DNA from: a virus
Strand: one strand, 5' to 3'
Length of the DNA: 64,000 nt
IMG/VR virus record: IMGVR_UViG_3300050343_000261
Numbering within the stretch: position 1 is the first letter of the stretch; every line of letters starts with the position of its first letter. Shown here piece after piece: positions 27,682-37,253 of the stretch. Below the pieces are notes generated by a model. The model searched no databases and was not told where the DNA came from. It saw nothing but the letters and a program-made list of their open reading frames with translations. A program made the translations under genes and the position numbers.

Positions 27682-27940
27682 CTTGGAGTTTATCTAAAGT
27701 GTACTGTTTCTTAGATTTTACCACATCATCATGCAAATGTGCAATATCTAACAAACCATTTACATCAAACCAGGGAGCAGTTGCCCAGTCAAATCCTTGA
27801 CCGAAAGTGCTATCGGGACTAACGATATACCAGTGACAACTGCTGTCAGGCAGATCCACAGCACAATGTGACCAATCATCTAACCACTGTGGGACTTGAA
27901 CCCACATAGTCATAACAAGAAAAATACTAAAAAAAGTCAC
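27668..27940 (-). CDS. Membrane-anchored hypothetical protein
   Basis: Hydrophobic N-terminus; W/C-rich; overlaps both neighbours. Confidence 0.7.
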   Translation of the reverse strand: MTFFSIFLVMTMWVQVPQWLDDWSHCAVDLPDSSCHWYIVSPDSTFGQGFDWATAPWFDVNGLLDIAHLHDDVVKSKKQYTLDKLQDDNN

Positions 27941-28740
27941 TTTGTAATTGTGTTTTGGGGTCCACGGTAACGTTCATCTAAAATATTACGTTCTTCATCA
28001 TCTGGTGCCATAAACACGTTGGGATCAGGATAGTCTTCCCACGTCTTGCCTGCATAGTCAATGATGAGAGGGTTGATGTCCTTCCTCTCACCATATACAT
28101 GGTAGAAACAATCAATGTCTACACTAGACTCCAATACAATTTTAGTATTGTCGAAGTCCTTGACAATGATGTCCTGTTGTGCTCCAATAGGCGTGATGGA
28201 GACAGTTATGCTGTTCTCATGAACCAAGTTGACCCAGTATTCCGGCAGTAGGATCTCAGTCTCACCAGTGAGTCTGCCACGATGATACACAGCAACCTCA
28301 GGACCCTCGACACATGCATAGCGCAGTCGATGACCTTCCTTTGTAGGGTGCTGGATGTCAAATGACTTACCCAGAGCATCTGCTGTAGAAAACCTGGATG
28401 CCAGTCTGCCCTTGTTTAGACAGTCAACTTTGCCAGTGACATATACATCACCATCAATGTAGACAGCATTTTCTGCTTCTTCGCCAATGACCTCAACGTC
28501 ACCATCAACCTGGAGTGCCCGCCCTGAAACACCAGACTTGAATTTATCAAGGTCTGTGCCAATATTTACAGTTGCTTTTGCATAACCTGAGTGCTTTCCA
28601 GCAATTACTGGTCCAGTGACAACAAGAGTGCCATTGAATGGCGAATCACCATCTAAGGTGTCAGCAGCAGTGTCAAGTTTTTTGGGATCTTCTCTACCAA
28701 TGTAGACTTTACCCGTCTCAATGTCTCTAATGCCTGCCAT
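27937..28740 (-). CDS. Baseplate-region structural protein (K.FDI.HP..RLRYAC.EGPE..VY.RG family)
   Basis: 267 aa, coupled downstream of the gp5 region. Confidence 0.8.
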   Translation of the reverse strand: MAGIRDIETGKVYIGREDPKKLDTAADTLDGDSPFNGTLVVTGPVIAGKHSGYAKATVNIGTDLDKFKSGVSGRALQVDGDVEVIGEEAENAVYIDGDVYVTGKVDCLNKGRLASRFSTADALGKSFDIQHPTKEGHRLRYACVEGPEVAVYHRGRLTGETEILLPEYWVNLVHENSITVSITPIGAQQDIIVKDFDNTKIVLESSVDIDCFYHVYGERKDINPLIIDYAGKTWEDYPDPNVFMAPDDEERNILDERYRGPQNTITK

Positions 28741-29270
28741 TATTCTACCAGTGAGTTGATATAATCCCCAAGAGGACCGGGAATGAGTTTGGATTGTGGT
28801 TCATGGATGCGAACCATGTCTCCAATAATAATATTGAAACCTTTTGAGTTTGTAATCAATTTATCATTGGCAGTGACAGTGGTGTTGTGCCCAATCAATT
28901 TAGCAAAGTTCTTTCCCTGAAGATGAATATCATGCTCAGCATGCAAGAATATGTCACCAATCTTTGCATCAGTCGCTTTCATGATGATGTCCTTTGCCAT
29001 CACCGAGAAAGTTCCCTTACAGTCAAAGTTTATGTCACCATCAGACTTGATATTGATGGGACCAGCACCAGTCTGAATGATATTAGAACCCTGCTCATTT
29101 TCAGTAGCACGGAGTTCCCATCCACCATCCTCAAAAATTCTCAAAGATGCAGCAGATCCAGCAGCAGCACAAATTTGTGCCTTTCTTACTGCCTTTCCAT
29201 CTTCCTCTTTACCGATACGGAAAGAACCATCTTCAGGATGATTGACAATATATGGTGGAGATTTTGCCAT
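28740..29270 (-). CDS. Baseplate spike-associated protein (gp5 C-terminal-like beta repeats)
   Basis: INIKSDGDINF..IFLHAEHDIHLQG repeats; 1-nt overlap with gp5. Confidence 0.6.
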   Translation of the reverse strand: MAKSPPYIVNHPEDGSFRIGKEEDGKAVRKAQICAAAGSAASLRIFEDGGWELRATENEQGSNIIQTGAGPINIKSDGDINFDCKGTFSVMAKDIIMKATDAKIGDIFLHAEHDIHLQGKNFAKLIGHNTTVTANDKLITNSKGFNIIIGDMVRIHEPQSKLIPGPLGDYINSLVE

Positions 29271-31441
29271 TAGTATCCTTTAGGGCAGTCAATGACTGTG
29301 ATAACCTGAGCAGACGGAAGAACAGGTTTGTCATATTTTTTGACATTGGTGAATGTCGTTATGGGTCTAATAAACGCACCAAATCCTGTCTTAGACTTGA
29401 TTTTTAGTGCGGGAATTTTGTCTAACCCAACGTCTACAACACCAGTTGCACCTAGAATTCTACCATTTTCTATGATAGGAGTCAATACCCCACCATTTTC
29501 AGTAACAATAGTGTCTCCTTCCTCATAATCATTACCAGTTATGACAACTTGGATACCATCAACTTGACCAATAACTTGCTTGCCATCAGCAGTTCCACTG
29601 TTAGATCGTTGTTCAACAGTTTGCAGAACTTCTTGAATTACATTACCATCACCATCTATACCAGTGGGTGTGAGAGTGTCTACAGTAACACTTCCACCAC
29701 CAAGATACCCAGATCCAGGGTTAGTAATAATGATGTTAGTAACTTTCCCATCTTTGACAACGGCAGTGCCAGTGGCACCCTTACCATTATTACAACGATC
29801 TACGATAGAAACAAACGGCACATCAGCAAAACCTAATCCCAAATCTTCCATATTTGCACCAACAACTTCACCAACAGAGTTGACCACTGCTTTAGCAACA
29901 GCACCAATTCCACCACCACCGAAGAGTTCAATACTTGGTGGTCCACATTCAAATGCACTGGTATTACAACCACCTGCTAGGTTAGCAGTTACACCACCCA
30001 GAATTTTTCCAGCGGATCCAACTGTTTCTAATGTTCCTTTGAGGGTATCAATAGTGCCTGCTGCTTCCTTTGCCTGAGCCATGAATGGGAAAGTGTCTTC
30101 AAGGAAACCTTCCACACCTTTATCAATACCATCAATCAAACCACCCACATCCAACATACGCTTCAAGTCCAAAACCTTCTTCGGATCAGGTCCAACGTTT
30201 GTTGCCCAATCAAAAGGTTGAGGATCACATGAAGAACCTTCACATTCCATCAACTTCAAACCTGCCTGCAAAGCACCAGTTGCTTTGTTCATGATAGAAC
30301 TGAAGTTACCCAGAGCAATGCCTGCCATCTTACCGATAGCACCTAAAATTGGTCCGAGAAGACCCTGAATCGTGTCAGTAATTTTGGAGATCAAACCACC
30401 CAGAAACTGTTCCGCCGCGCAGAGTGGGAAGTTGATGATCTTTCCAAGCATTCCTTTCAGGAATTCCCCAATCATGTCACGGAGACCGTTGATTACGTTC
30501 TCCATCAAACAATAAGCAATATCCTTTTGTTTCTTCAGTTCTAATTTTTTGATTAGATTATCAGGAGACAAGAATGTAAGAACATCCCCAACTTTCTCAT
30601 CAATATCTTCAAATAGATCCTTACGTGCTTGTCGGATCACATTACTCATATTGCCAGAAATTCTGTCAGATACCTCACCGATAACCTTATCAATGTTGAC
30701 TACCCTATTCAAAATAGGATCAACAAATCCTTCTTTATTTTGTTCTAGTCCTTTGATAACCTCAATGAAAGACTGCATAGTCTTTGCAACATCACCCATA
30801 GCAGACTTAGGAATGTCACATTTGACTGCTTTCCTAATCTCAACAGGTTTGTCTAAAATATGACGGGTGGCAGTTTGAACTGGTTTACCGTCTTTATCAT
30901 CAATTTCTTGATCATTATTAGGAATACTGCCAACTGTTGCAGGTTTCGCCTTACGTGTGGGGCGTACAGTGGCACCCAGTGATGTCTCAGATCCACCAGT
31001 TTCTAACACAGAATCAACTGTGATAGCAGAAAATCCAGATGTTCCTTTTTCTAGAACATCATCCCATTTTGTTGCATCTTTGATCAAAGAGTGCTGATAT
31101 AAAGCACCTAGAATAATTGGTTGCTGAGCATCCTCTCCATCAGCATAGAAACCGATAACAGTTTCTCCGCCCTGGATAAAGTTACTAACACCAGCATAGT
31201 TTACACCTGCACCCTGACTAGCAGGAACAAGAATATGTGCCCATGGCAACTCCTCATCCTTTACATCATCAGTAGAAGGATGTTTACCTAGAACTCTTAC
31301 CTTGGCACGATAACCATACTTACGTGATTGTTTGTCGCCAGGAAATTCTCTCCATGCAGGATCAATGGGCACTTGTCCAATGAACCAGTGAAACCCATCG
31401 CGTCCTGCAAATTTAGATTCAATACCCCTGTCGTCAAACAT
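29270..31441 (-). CDS. gp5: gp5-like baseplate hub subunit (OB-fold N-terminus)
   Basis: FHWFIGQV, RAKVRVLG.H, ELPWA, VIGFYADG..QQPIILG; position in the baseplate module. Confidence 0.85.
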   Translation of the reverse strand: MFDDRGIESKFAGRDGFHWFIGQVPIDPAWREFPGDKQSRKYGYRAKVRVLGKHPSTDDVKDEELPWAHILVPASQGAGVNYAGVSNFIQGGETVIGFYADGEDAQQPIILGALYQHSLIKDATKWDDVLEKGTSGFSAITVDSVLETGGSETSLGATVRPTRKAKPATVGSIPNNDQEIDDKDGKPVQTATRHILDKPVEIRKAVKCDIPKSAMGDVAKTMQSFIEVIKGLEQNKEGFVDPILNRVVNIDKVIGEVSDRISGNMSNVIRQARKDLFEDIDEKVGDVLTFLSPDNLIKKLELKKQKDIAYCLMENVINGLRDMIGEFLKGMLGKIINFPLCAAEQFLGGLISKITDTIQGLLGPILGAIGKMAGIALGNFSSIMNKATGALQAGLKLMECEGSSCDPQPFDWATNVGPDPKKVLDLKRMLDVGGLIDGIDKGVEGFLEDTFPFMAQAKEAAGTIDTLKGTLETVGSAGKILGGVTANLAGGCNTSAFECGPPSIELFGGGGIGAVAKAVVNSVGEVVGANMEDLGLGFADVPFVSIVDRCNNGKGATGTAVVKDGKVTNIIITNPGSGYLGGGSVTVDTLTPTGIDGDGNVIQEVLQTVEQRSNSGTADGKQVIGQVDGIQVVITGNDYEEGDTIVTENGGVLTPIIENGRILGATGVVDVGLDKIPALKIKSKTGFGAFIRPITTFTNVKKYDKPVLPSAQVITVIDCPKGY

Positions 31442-31446
31442 AATTC

Positions 31447-31695
31447 TCAGTCATCAAATACTTTACACATAGGTGAACCAGGGTGATTGTCACAGAAATC
31501 ATCTAGAACTTTATCTTGGTGACGATTCCTTGGATCAGCAATCTTACCCTCTGTGGTGGGATCCCACTCATCATCTGAGTGTGTCTCATTACAGTGTAGA
31601 TCTACTTTATACTCATTCCACTTATCATTTGCATCATAAAGTGGATCGGATGGATCTTTCTGTCGTGGTTGTGACATTAGGGTTCTCCTTGTCAA
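31447..31695 (-). CDS. Small acidic protein with CP12-like C-terminal Cys pair
   Basis: Ends DDFCDNHPGSPMCKVFDD (C-x8-C-x-V-F/Y-D-D). Confidence 0.65.
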   Translation of the reverse strand: MTRRTLMSQPRQKDPSDPLYDANDKWNEYKVDLHCNETHSDDEWDPTTEGKIADPRNRHQDKVLDDFCDNHPGSPMCKVFDD

Positions 31696-31707
31696 TAAAA
31701 ATGTTAG

Positions 31708-32961
31708 TTATTTGGAATAGAATGCAAAAGAATCTCTAACTAATGAAATTCCAGTAACATCACCTCGGGGATCTCCGAATACATGGGCAAGTTTAGAGAC
31801 CATGTAATTACCAGAGGAAGGGTTCATTCCCGGTGACTCTGTATTTAGTAGGGGAAATGACATTTTCAAAATCATTCCAACTTCTAAACTCAAGTTCATA
31901 GGAACAGTCAACTCCAGGGACTGAGAAAAAAGAGATTGAAATCTACCAGTCGCATGTGCCTGTCGCCAAGCAATAGTTTCTGCAGTGCTTTTCAGTTCTG
32001 CCTTTTTCTCTGCCATCGCACCAACATCAAGAACATTTAGAAAGATTCTTGAATATTTCTCATCAATGTCGTTAGGGATATACTGATCTTCATTTGCAGA
32101 ATCCAGTTTACTATCCTTGTAACTATATTCTACGAAGTGTGGGGTGCGATCAATAATATTATAATACCAGTTAGCTGATTTGTATTGTCCAACCATCAGT
32201 TTTTTTACGATATCATGACTTTCAACAAATCTTGGTGTATCTACAGCAGCAAAATTATTGATCTTTGTAGAATCAAAAAACGCTAATTGCTCATATCCAT
32301 ATGTGGCATCTTCCTGCAATGCTTTGTCAATAGAAAAGAAACTGTATCCTTTCCGTTCTCCCTCACATAAAACATATCCTGCACTTCCACTTTCAGCAGA
32401 AGATTTACCTTTCATTTCACCAACACACTTGGATGCTAGTCTACTAACCTGTTTCAATGGTGGGTTGTAATTACCAGTAAATGAGTATTCATTCATGGCA
32501 GGATGTGGAATGTCAATTCTACTTGAATCAACCTCCAACACGTCTTTTAGGACTTTCTCAACACTATCAGTAATCTTACCTTTATATCTCTTGATTGTTC
32601 TGGTTGTCAAGTTAGACATGGTTGTCTTCGTGACACACTCCAAGATATAAGTGTGTCTTTTTGAGTTTCCACTTTCAGCAGCAATATTTGCAATCAACAA
32701 CTCATTCTTCTTTTTAGCAGAGAACTCAAATGGTTCTTTAGCACTAGGATGAGTAAACAGCAACTCAACTTTATTTCCAGGTCTGATTGGCAATGCTTGT
32801 GCCAACCCAAAAGTATCCGTAATCATGATAGTAACCTTCAAGGTCCTACCAACTCCCTCCTCATACCGAAGACCTTGAAACTGACCGATCAAGGATTGAG
32901 GTTCTTTACCTTCTGGAAATATGTTTAGTGTCTTAGCTTGATAGGCATTCAACCACTTCAT
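31708..32961 (-). CDS. Probable gp27-like baseplate hub protein
   Basis: 417 aa between the tape-measure-like genes and gp5; YEE..K.TI.ITDT..LPIR.G.KVEL, LELTVP.N.SL.VG..I, GNYMV..L.H. Confidence 0.65.
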   Translation of the reverse strand: MKWLNAYQAKTLNIFPEGKEPQSLIGQFQGLRYEEGVGRTLKVTIMITDTFGLAQALPIRPGNKVELLFTHPSAKEPFEFSAKKKNELLIANIAAESGNSKRHTYILECVTKTTMSNLTTRTIKRYKGKITDSVEKVLKDVLEVDSSRIDIPHPAMNEYSFTGNYNPPLKQVSRLASKCVGEMKGKSSAESGSAGYVLCEGERKGYSFFSIDKALQEDATYGYEQLAFFDSTKINNFAAVDTPRFVESHDIVKKLMVGQYKSANWYYNIIDRTPHFVEYSYKDSKLDSANEDQYIPNDIDEKYSRIFLNVLDVGAMAEKKAELKSTAETIAWRQAHATGRFQSLFSQSLELTVPMNLSLEVGMILKMSFPLLNTESPGMNPSSGNYMVSKLAHVFGDPRGDVTGISLVRDSFAFYSK

Positions 32962-34748
32962 TTCCAGACCTTCATATAAGATTCATACTCAAGGTATTTA
33001 GAATAAGGTAAGGGACTTTCTGGCATACTAATACTCCCAGAAGGAGAACTAAGTGGTGCAAATGGCATACTCTGCTCTTCAGTGTTACCCTCTCCACCTA
33101 AGAGCATTCCAGCACCAAGCAAAGGAAGAATCATTGCACCAAAACTGCTATTACTTGGATTGTTGGTGAAGAAAGGTTCATAAGATGACATATCTTTAGC
33201 ATTTGTGGGACCTTTCGATATTACACTTTTAGGAGGTGTAATTTCAGGTGCACTTTGATTAGCATCTCTCGCAAATATTCTTTCTAATACAGACTTTTCA
33301 GTTCTTGTTTTAGGACTGTCTGTTTTAGGTGCATATCTTTTGGTTATTTTACGAACAGAGCGAGGAGGTGGGGGAACCGCAGTAGTTTTGGGTTTTACAG
33401 CAGGTTTTACAGTACGACTTGCAGCACCTCTAGAACCTCTAGCAAGTCCAGCCATAGTCAATGCTGTAGAAAACAAACCAAACCCTTGAATAGGTGCAGA
33501 CTGGATAGTCTGTTGTGTCCTAAATCTTTTATCTTCCTGACGATCCCTGTTTAGAAAAACAAATCCTGCTGGAGCAAACGCTGTTGCTGGTTTACGAATC
33601 AGTTTCCCGTAAGGAGTATCAATTGTTTGCTCCTCATTATTTTCAATGTCAAACTTTTCTACATGTGGTCTGACTAGAACGGGTAATTGCTCAGTTGGTA
33701 CAACCTTATTGCTAGGTGTACTTGGGATCTCACTATAATCAACTCCAGTAGGAACATAATCAGGAGAATACCTAAACTGTTTACTCTCACCAGAGTGCTT
33801 TTCAGCTTTACCGTCAAGATCTGCTTCAAATGGACTGGTACTAGGTTTTAGATCATCTGGTGTTGGTTGTGGTCCTTGTGGTCTAGGTCCCCCAAATGGA
33901 TTTAGAGGATCGAAAAAATCATCATCATCCTTATTGAGATTGATAATATAATCATCATCAATAAAAAATATCTTTTTCCTTGCAAGTAAATCAAACCGAT
34001 CTAAAGCATTATCAAACTCTTGAATAGCACCACCAAATTTAGTCTTTACTTGACTAATTCTTTGAGTTTTTTCCTCTACCTTTCGTCGCTGATCGGCACC
34101 AGTTATTTTATCGGAAATACCAGCACCTAAAGTTGCACCACCAAAACTTCCTGCAATACCACCTAAGAAACCACCGATAGCAGCACCAGGGATAGCACCA
34201 GCACCACCAAAGAAGGCACCAATCGTTCCACCAAGTAAAGCACCACCTTTAGCACCAGCAGCAAAACCTGCCAAACCACCTGCTGTAGTGCTAAGTGCAC
34301 CACTAACTGCCTGTGTTTGTGTCTGACCCTCTGACAGTCTCAGTCCATAATCAACTCCTGTCAACGCAGTTGTTGCCACTGCATTGAATTTGCCCATCCG
34401 CAAACCACCCCTCAAGGATGGTTTACCACCACCCCTAAGACCCTTAGTAGGAACAATTCTATTAGCAGGTTTACCCCCCTTAGGTAATTTTGGTTTTGTA
34501 AACCTAGATCTAAGAGACCTTAGGAGACCTCCACCAGCAGCAGCACCACCTAAACCTAATAAACCATTGAGTGCTCCTCCTCCTCCTTCTTTTTCTTTAG
34601 CACGAGACAGTTCACCTTTCAACCTGCCAAACGCTTCGCCACGCTTTTTGACAAGTTCTTTCTTTAGTTTTAGACTTACTTGTTCAAGTCTAGAAACGTC
34701 TCGATTTCTCTGCTTTAGAATATTAGATAATGGTTTTATATTCTTCAT
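32958..34748 (-). CDS. Tape-measure-like protein with glycine-zipper segment
   Basis: 596 aa; GAAAGGG and GGA..GG..GA..GG repeats; coupled to neighbours. Confidence 0.6.
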   Translation of the reverse strand: MKNIKPLSNILKQRNRDVSRLEQVSLKLKKELVKKRGEAFGRLKGELSRAKEKEGGGGALNGLLGLGGAAAGGGLLRSLRSRFTKPKLPKGGKPANRIVPTKGLRGGGKPSLRGGLRMGKFNAVATTALTGVDYGLRLSEGQTQTQAVSGALSTTAGGLAGFAAGAKGGALLGGTIGAFFGGAGAIPGAAIGGFLGGIAGSFGGATLGAGISDKITGADQRRKVEEKTQRISQVKTKFGGAIQEFDNALDRFDLLARKKIFFIDDDYIINLNKDDDDFFDPLNPFGGPRPQGPQPTPDDLKPSTSPFEADLDGKAEKHSGESKQFRYSPDYVPTGVDYSEIPSTPSNKVVPTEQLPVLVRPHVEKFDIENNEEQTIDTPYGKLIRKPATAFAPAGFVFLNRDRQEDKRFRTQQTIQSAPIQGFGLFSTALTMAGLARGSRGAASRTVKPAVKPKTTAVPPPPRSVRKITKRYAPKTDSPKTRTEKSVLERIFARDANQSAPEITPPKSVISKGPTNAKDMSSYEPFFTNNPSNSSFGAMILPLLGAGMLLGGEGNTEEQSMPFAPLSSPSGSISMPESPLPYSKYLEYESYMKVWK

Positions 34749-36325
34749 GAGAACATTGCTGGAATGTTATACTGACTCAACAATGCTGAAGATGCAATCT
34801 CACTACCAGTTGTACCCATAGAATTAGGGTCAATTGAAATTTGTGACGGAGATTGTGGTGCTGGTGCAATAGCAGCAACTTTAGGTGCAGGAGTCTTAGA
34901 AGTAAACGGAAGATCAATATTTGGCATCAATGATGATTGATCGCCCAGAGGATCAGGTTTACTCCTACGTTGCCTAACATCATCTAGAATTGTATTATAT
35001 CGTTCAATGGACTCAGCAGGAGTAATATTTTTCTGCCCATGATATGAAGTCAAACTTGCCCATTCCATACCTAGACGTTCCATCTCAGGATTAGAAATTC
35101 CATCGGCAAGATTTACTTTACGTTCTTGTTCCGCCAGGAACATAATCATCTCATCCTGAATTTCAGGAGTCATTTTGGTAGTTTCAGGATCCAATTTCAT
35201 GGCCTTCATTACCTGTTCAGGTTTCATGAATTGACCTGCACCTACAGCGGCACTTGTCTGCACTTTTCCACTAGAGTCAGTAAAGGTGGGAGTCTCCCCA
35301 GCAGCAAGGCGACGATTTTGCTCCTGCATCACTTCATTACCAGTCATATTAGTGATGTCAATACTGGTATCACCACCAAACCACTTGTTATATCCTTGGG
35401 CATCAGCAGTGCCCTCACTTTCTCTTACGAGTTGAATAAATGCTTCTCTCTTAGGATCATTTAGAGCAACCCTATTTGCACCAGGTAACGCTGCGTTGAG
35501 TGGTGTGACCTTTGGAGGTTGCTCGTCATCATCAGGTGCTGTAGTAGTGCCATTCTTCTTCCCATCTTCTGTAATGTTGATAGTAGGATCTTTTACGTCT
35601 CTACCTAAGAGTGAAGAAACAATCCGACTGAATTTAGAAACTGTGGCACTAAAAAGATTCACATCTTGAGGAGTAATCATCCTACTCTCAAGAGCTTGCT
35701 GCTGAGTTATTTCTGCTCTTTTTTCATCTGCACCAGCTCCACGCCCCATCAACATCGACCCACCAATCATTGCTAGTGGTATCAAAGATAAAAGACCAAG
35801 TGCTCCACGACCTCCCATTCTTCCACGGGGGGCAGCAGACCTAGGACCCGCTTGTGGTCCGCGCCTGCCTCCTTTCAATCCTAATGCCAAACCTACTGCT
35901 CCTAATACTGCTGTCGTAATTTCAGGAAGCATCGCTGTTACTGCGAGTGCGCTATCCTGCACCCCTCCCATTATATCACCTTGTGAAAACTCTCTAAAGG
36001 CAGATGCTGACGCTACTGCAGCAAGAACACTTCTAAATCCCAAGAACATATTACCAAGCTGCTCTGTCTGCTTGATATCTTTCTTTAGAAGTTTCTGCTC
36101 TGCCCTAAAATATCGTCGTCTTGCTCCCAAATCTTTCCGAATATCAGCACGCATGACCTTCATGCTAGCATCCATTCTTTCCATGTCAAGGACAATACGT
36201 CCCAAACGCCGAATATTTCTCTTCGTCTTATCAGTATTTTCTTCTAAGGCAGCAGCTTGTTGCTCCACCTTGTCCCTCAATGGGGCAATAATGGGAGTAA
36301 CAGACTGTACGTTAGAATCCGGCAT
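34745..36325 (-). CDS. Tape-measure-like protein with lambda-type/GH104-like lysozyme domain
   Basis: Coiled-coil N-terminus; AFIQLVRESEGT..GYNKWFGG, SAAVGAGQF, QDEM, EWASL. Confidence 0.72.
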   Translation of the reverse strand: MPDSNVQSVTPIIAPLRDKVEQQAAALEENTDKTKRNIRRLGRIVLDMERMDASMKVMRADIRKDLGARRRYFRAEQKLLKKDIKQTEQLGNMFLGFRSVLAAVASASAFREFSQGDIMGGVQDSALAVTAMLPEITTAVLGAVGLALGLKGGRRGPQAGPRSAAPRGRMGGRGALGLLSLIPLAMIGGSMLMGRGAGADEKRAEITQQQALESRMITPQDVNLFSATVSKFSRIVSSLLGRDVKDPTINITEDGKKNGTTTAPDDDEQPPKVTPLNAALPGANRVALNDPKREAFIQLVRESEGTADAQGYNKWFGGDTSIDITNMTGNEVMQEQNRRLAAGETPTFTDSSGKVQTSAAVGAGQFMKPEQVMKAMKLDPETTKMTPEIQDEMIMFLAEQERKVNLADGISNPEMERLGMEWASLTSYHGQKNITPAESIERYNTILDDVRQRRSKPDPLGDQSSLMPNIDLPFTSKTPAPKVAAIAPAPQSPSQISIDPNSMGTTGSEIASSALLSQYNIPAMFS

Positions 36326-36503
36326 TTGCTTCCTGTGCTGCCTCTAGCCTTTCTTTTTCAAGATAATTTGTTAGATACTTTATGTATACTTCTTTTTCCC
36401 AGGGTATTAGACTTTCTATATCACTCAATGACCAATTGTGGTGTTGCATGAGGGAAAAATTTACCTCCATACACACATCAATAGTCGTGTGATATAGCAT
36501 CAC
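36312..36503 (-). CDS. gp51: gp51-like baseplate hub assembly catalyst
   Basis: NFSLMQHHNWSLSDIESLIPWEKEVYI. Confidence 0.88.
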   Translation of the reverse strand: MMLYHTTIDVCMEVNFSLMQHHNWSLSDIESLIPWEKEVYIKYLTNYLEKERLEAAQEANAGF

Positions 36504-37225
36504 CCGAAAAAATTTGCCATGCCCTCAACAACTACATCAGTCTCAACTTCAGTATTTGGATTAGTTACCTTACCTTCGTATTTCAACTTAGGCATGGTGT
36601 TGAAGAATCTTTCAATTTGCTGGAACTGAGATGAACTTAGTTGCTCAATAAATTTGACCAGTTCTGTTTGAGTACAGTCACTAGCAGACCATGCTTCCTC
36701 TTCCGTATAGATGGTGTCAATGCACTTTGCAACTGCTTTGAATGCCTCCTCTACGAGATCTTTATTAGTTTCCTCAACAACACTAAAGTTGTTTTTCAAA
36801 AACTCATCCATAGATGGATACTTCATTTTGATAGAGATACCTCCATCAAGTTGAATCGTATCATTGTGATCATCAGGAACATCAAGTCCAATCTCTGACA
36901 TTTCAATAGTCAAAGGAACTTTTACTGTCTCATCATCAGCACAAGTAACTAGCAGTTCTACAGTCTCACCGACTGATTTGCCTCGAATATTCAAAAATAG
37001 ATATTCAAGATCAAATGAGGGAAGAGTATCAATCTTGACTCGGGAGACAACACATGCTTTTAGAACATCCTTTACTGTAGAAATAATGTTCTTATCGCTT
37101 CCACTCTCAAGAGCAATTAGAAGTGCTTTTTCTTCTTTGACAAGGAATGGGCGGTATCTAACAGGTTTCCCAGTAGATAGAAGGTTTACCTCAAAAACAG
37201 GTGTTACAACCTTAGGAAGTGGCAT
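36500..37225 (-). CDS. gp26: gp26 baseplate hub subunit
   Basis: MPLPK..P..RYRPFLVKEEK, FDLEYLFLNIRGKSVGE, FFNTMPKL. Confidence 0.92.
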   Translation of the reverse strand: MPLPKVVTPVFEVNLLSTGKPVRYRPFLVKEEKALLIALESGSDKNIISTVKDVLKACVVSRVKIDTLPSFDLEYLFLNIRGKSVGETVELLVTCADDETVKVPLTIEMSEIGLDVPDDHNDTIQLDGGISIKMKYPSMDEFLKNNFSVVEETNKDLVEEAFKAVAKCIDTIYTEEEAWSASDCTQTELVKFIEQLSSSQFQQIERFFNTMPKLKYEGKVTNPNTEVETDVVVEGMANFFG

Positions 37226-37246
37226 AATAAGTCAACTCAGTAAAGA

Positions 37247-37253
37247 TATTTAG
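37247..37253 (-). promoter_or_regulatory. Late promoter (C)TAAATA
   Basis: Upstream of gp26. Confidence 0.55.

Noticed and set aside
13826-37253. Numerous plus-strand ORFs of 60-180 aa antisense to tail and baseplate genes
   Set aside because: Shadow ORFs caused by Gly/Thr/Val-rich codon bias; no motifs, promoters or ribosome-binding sites
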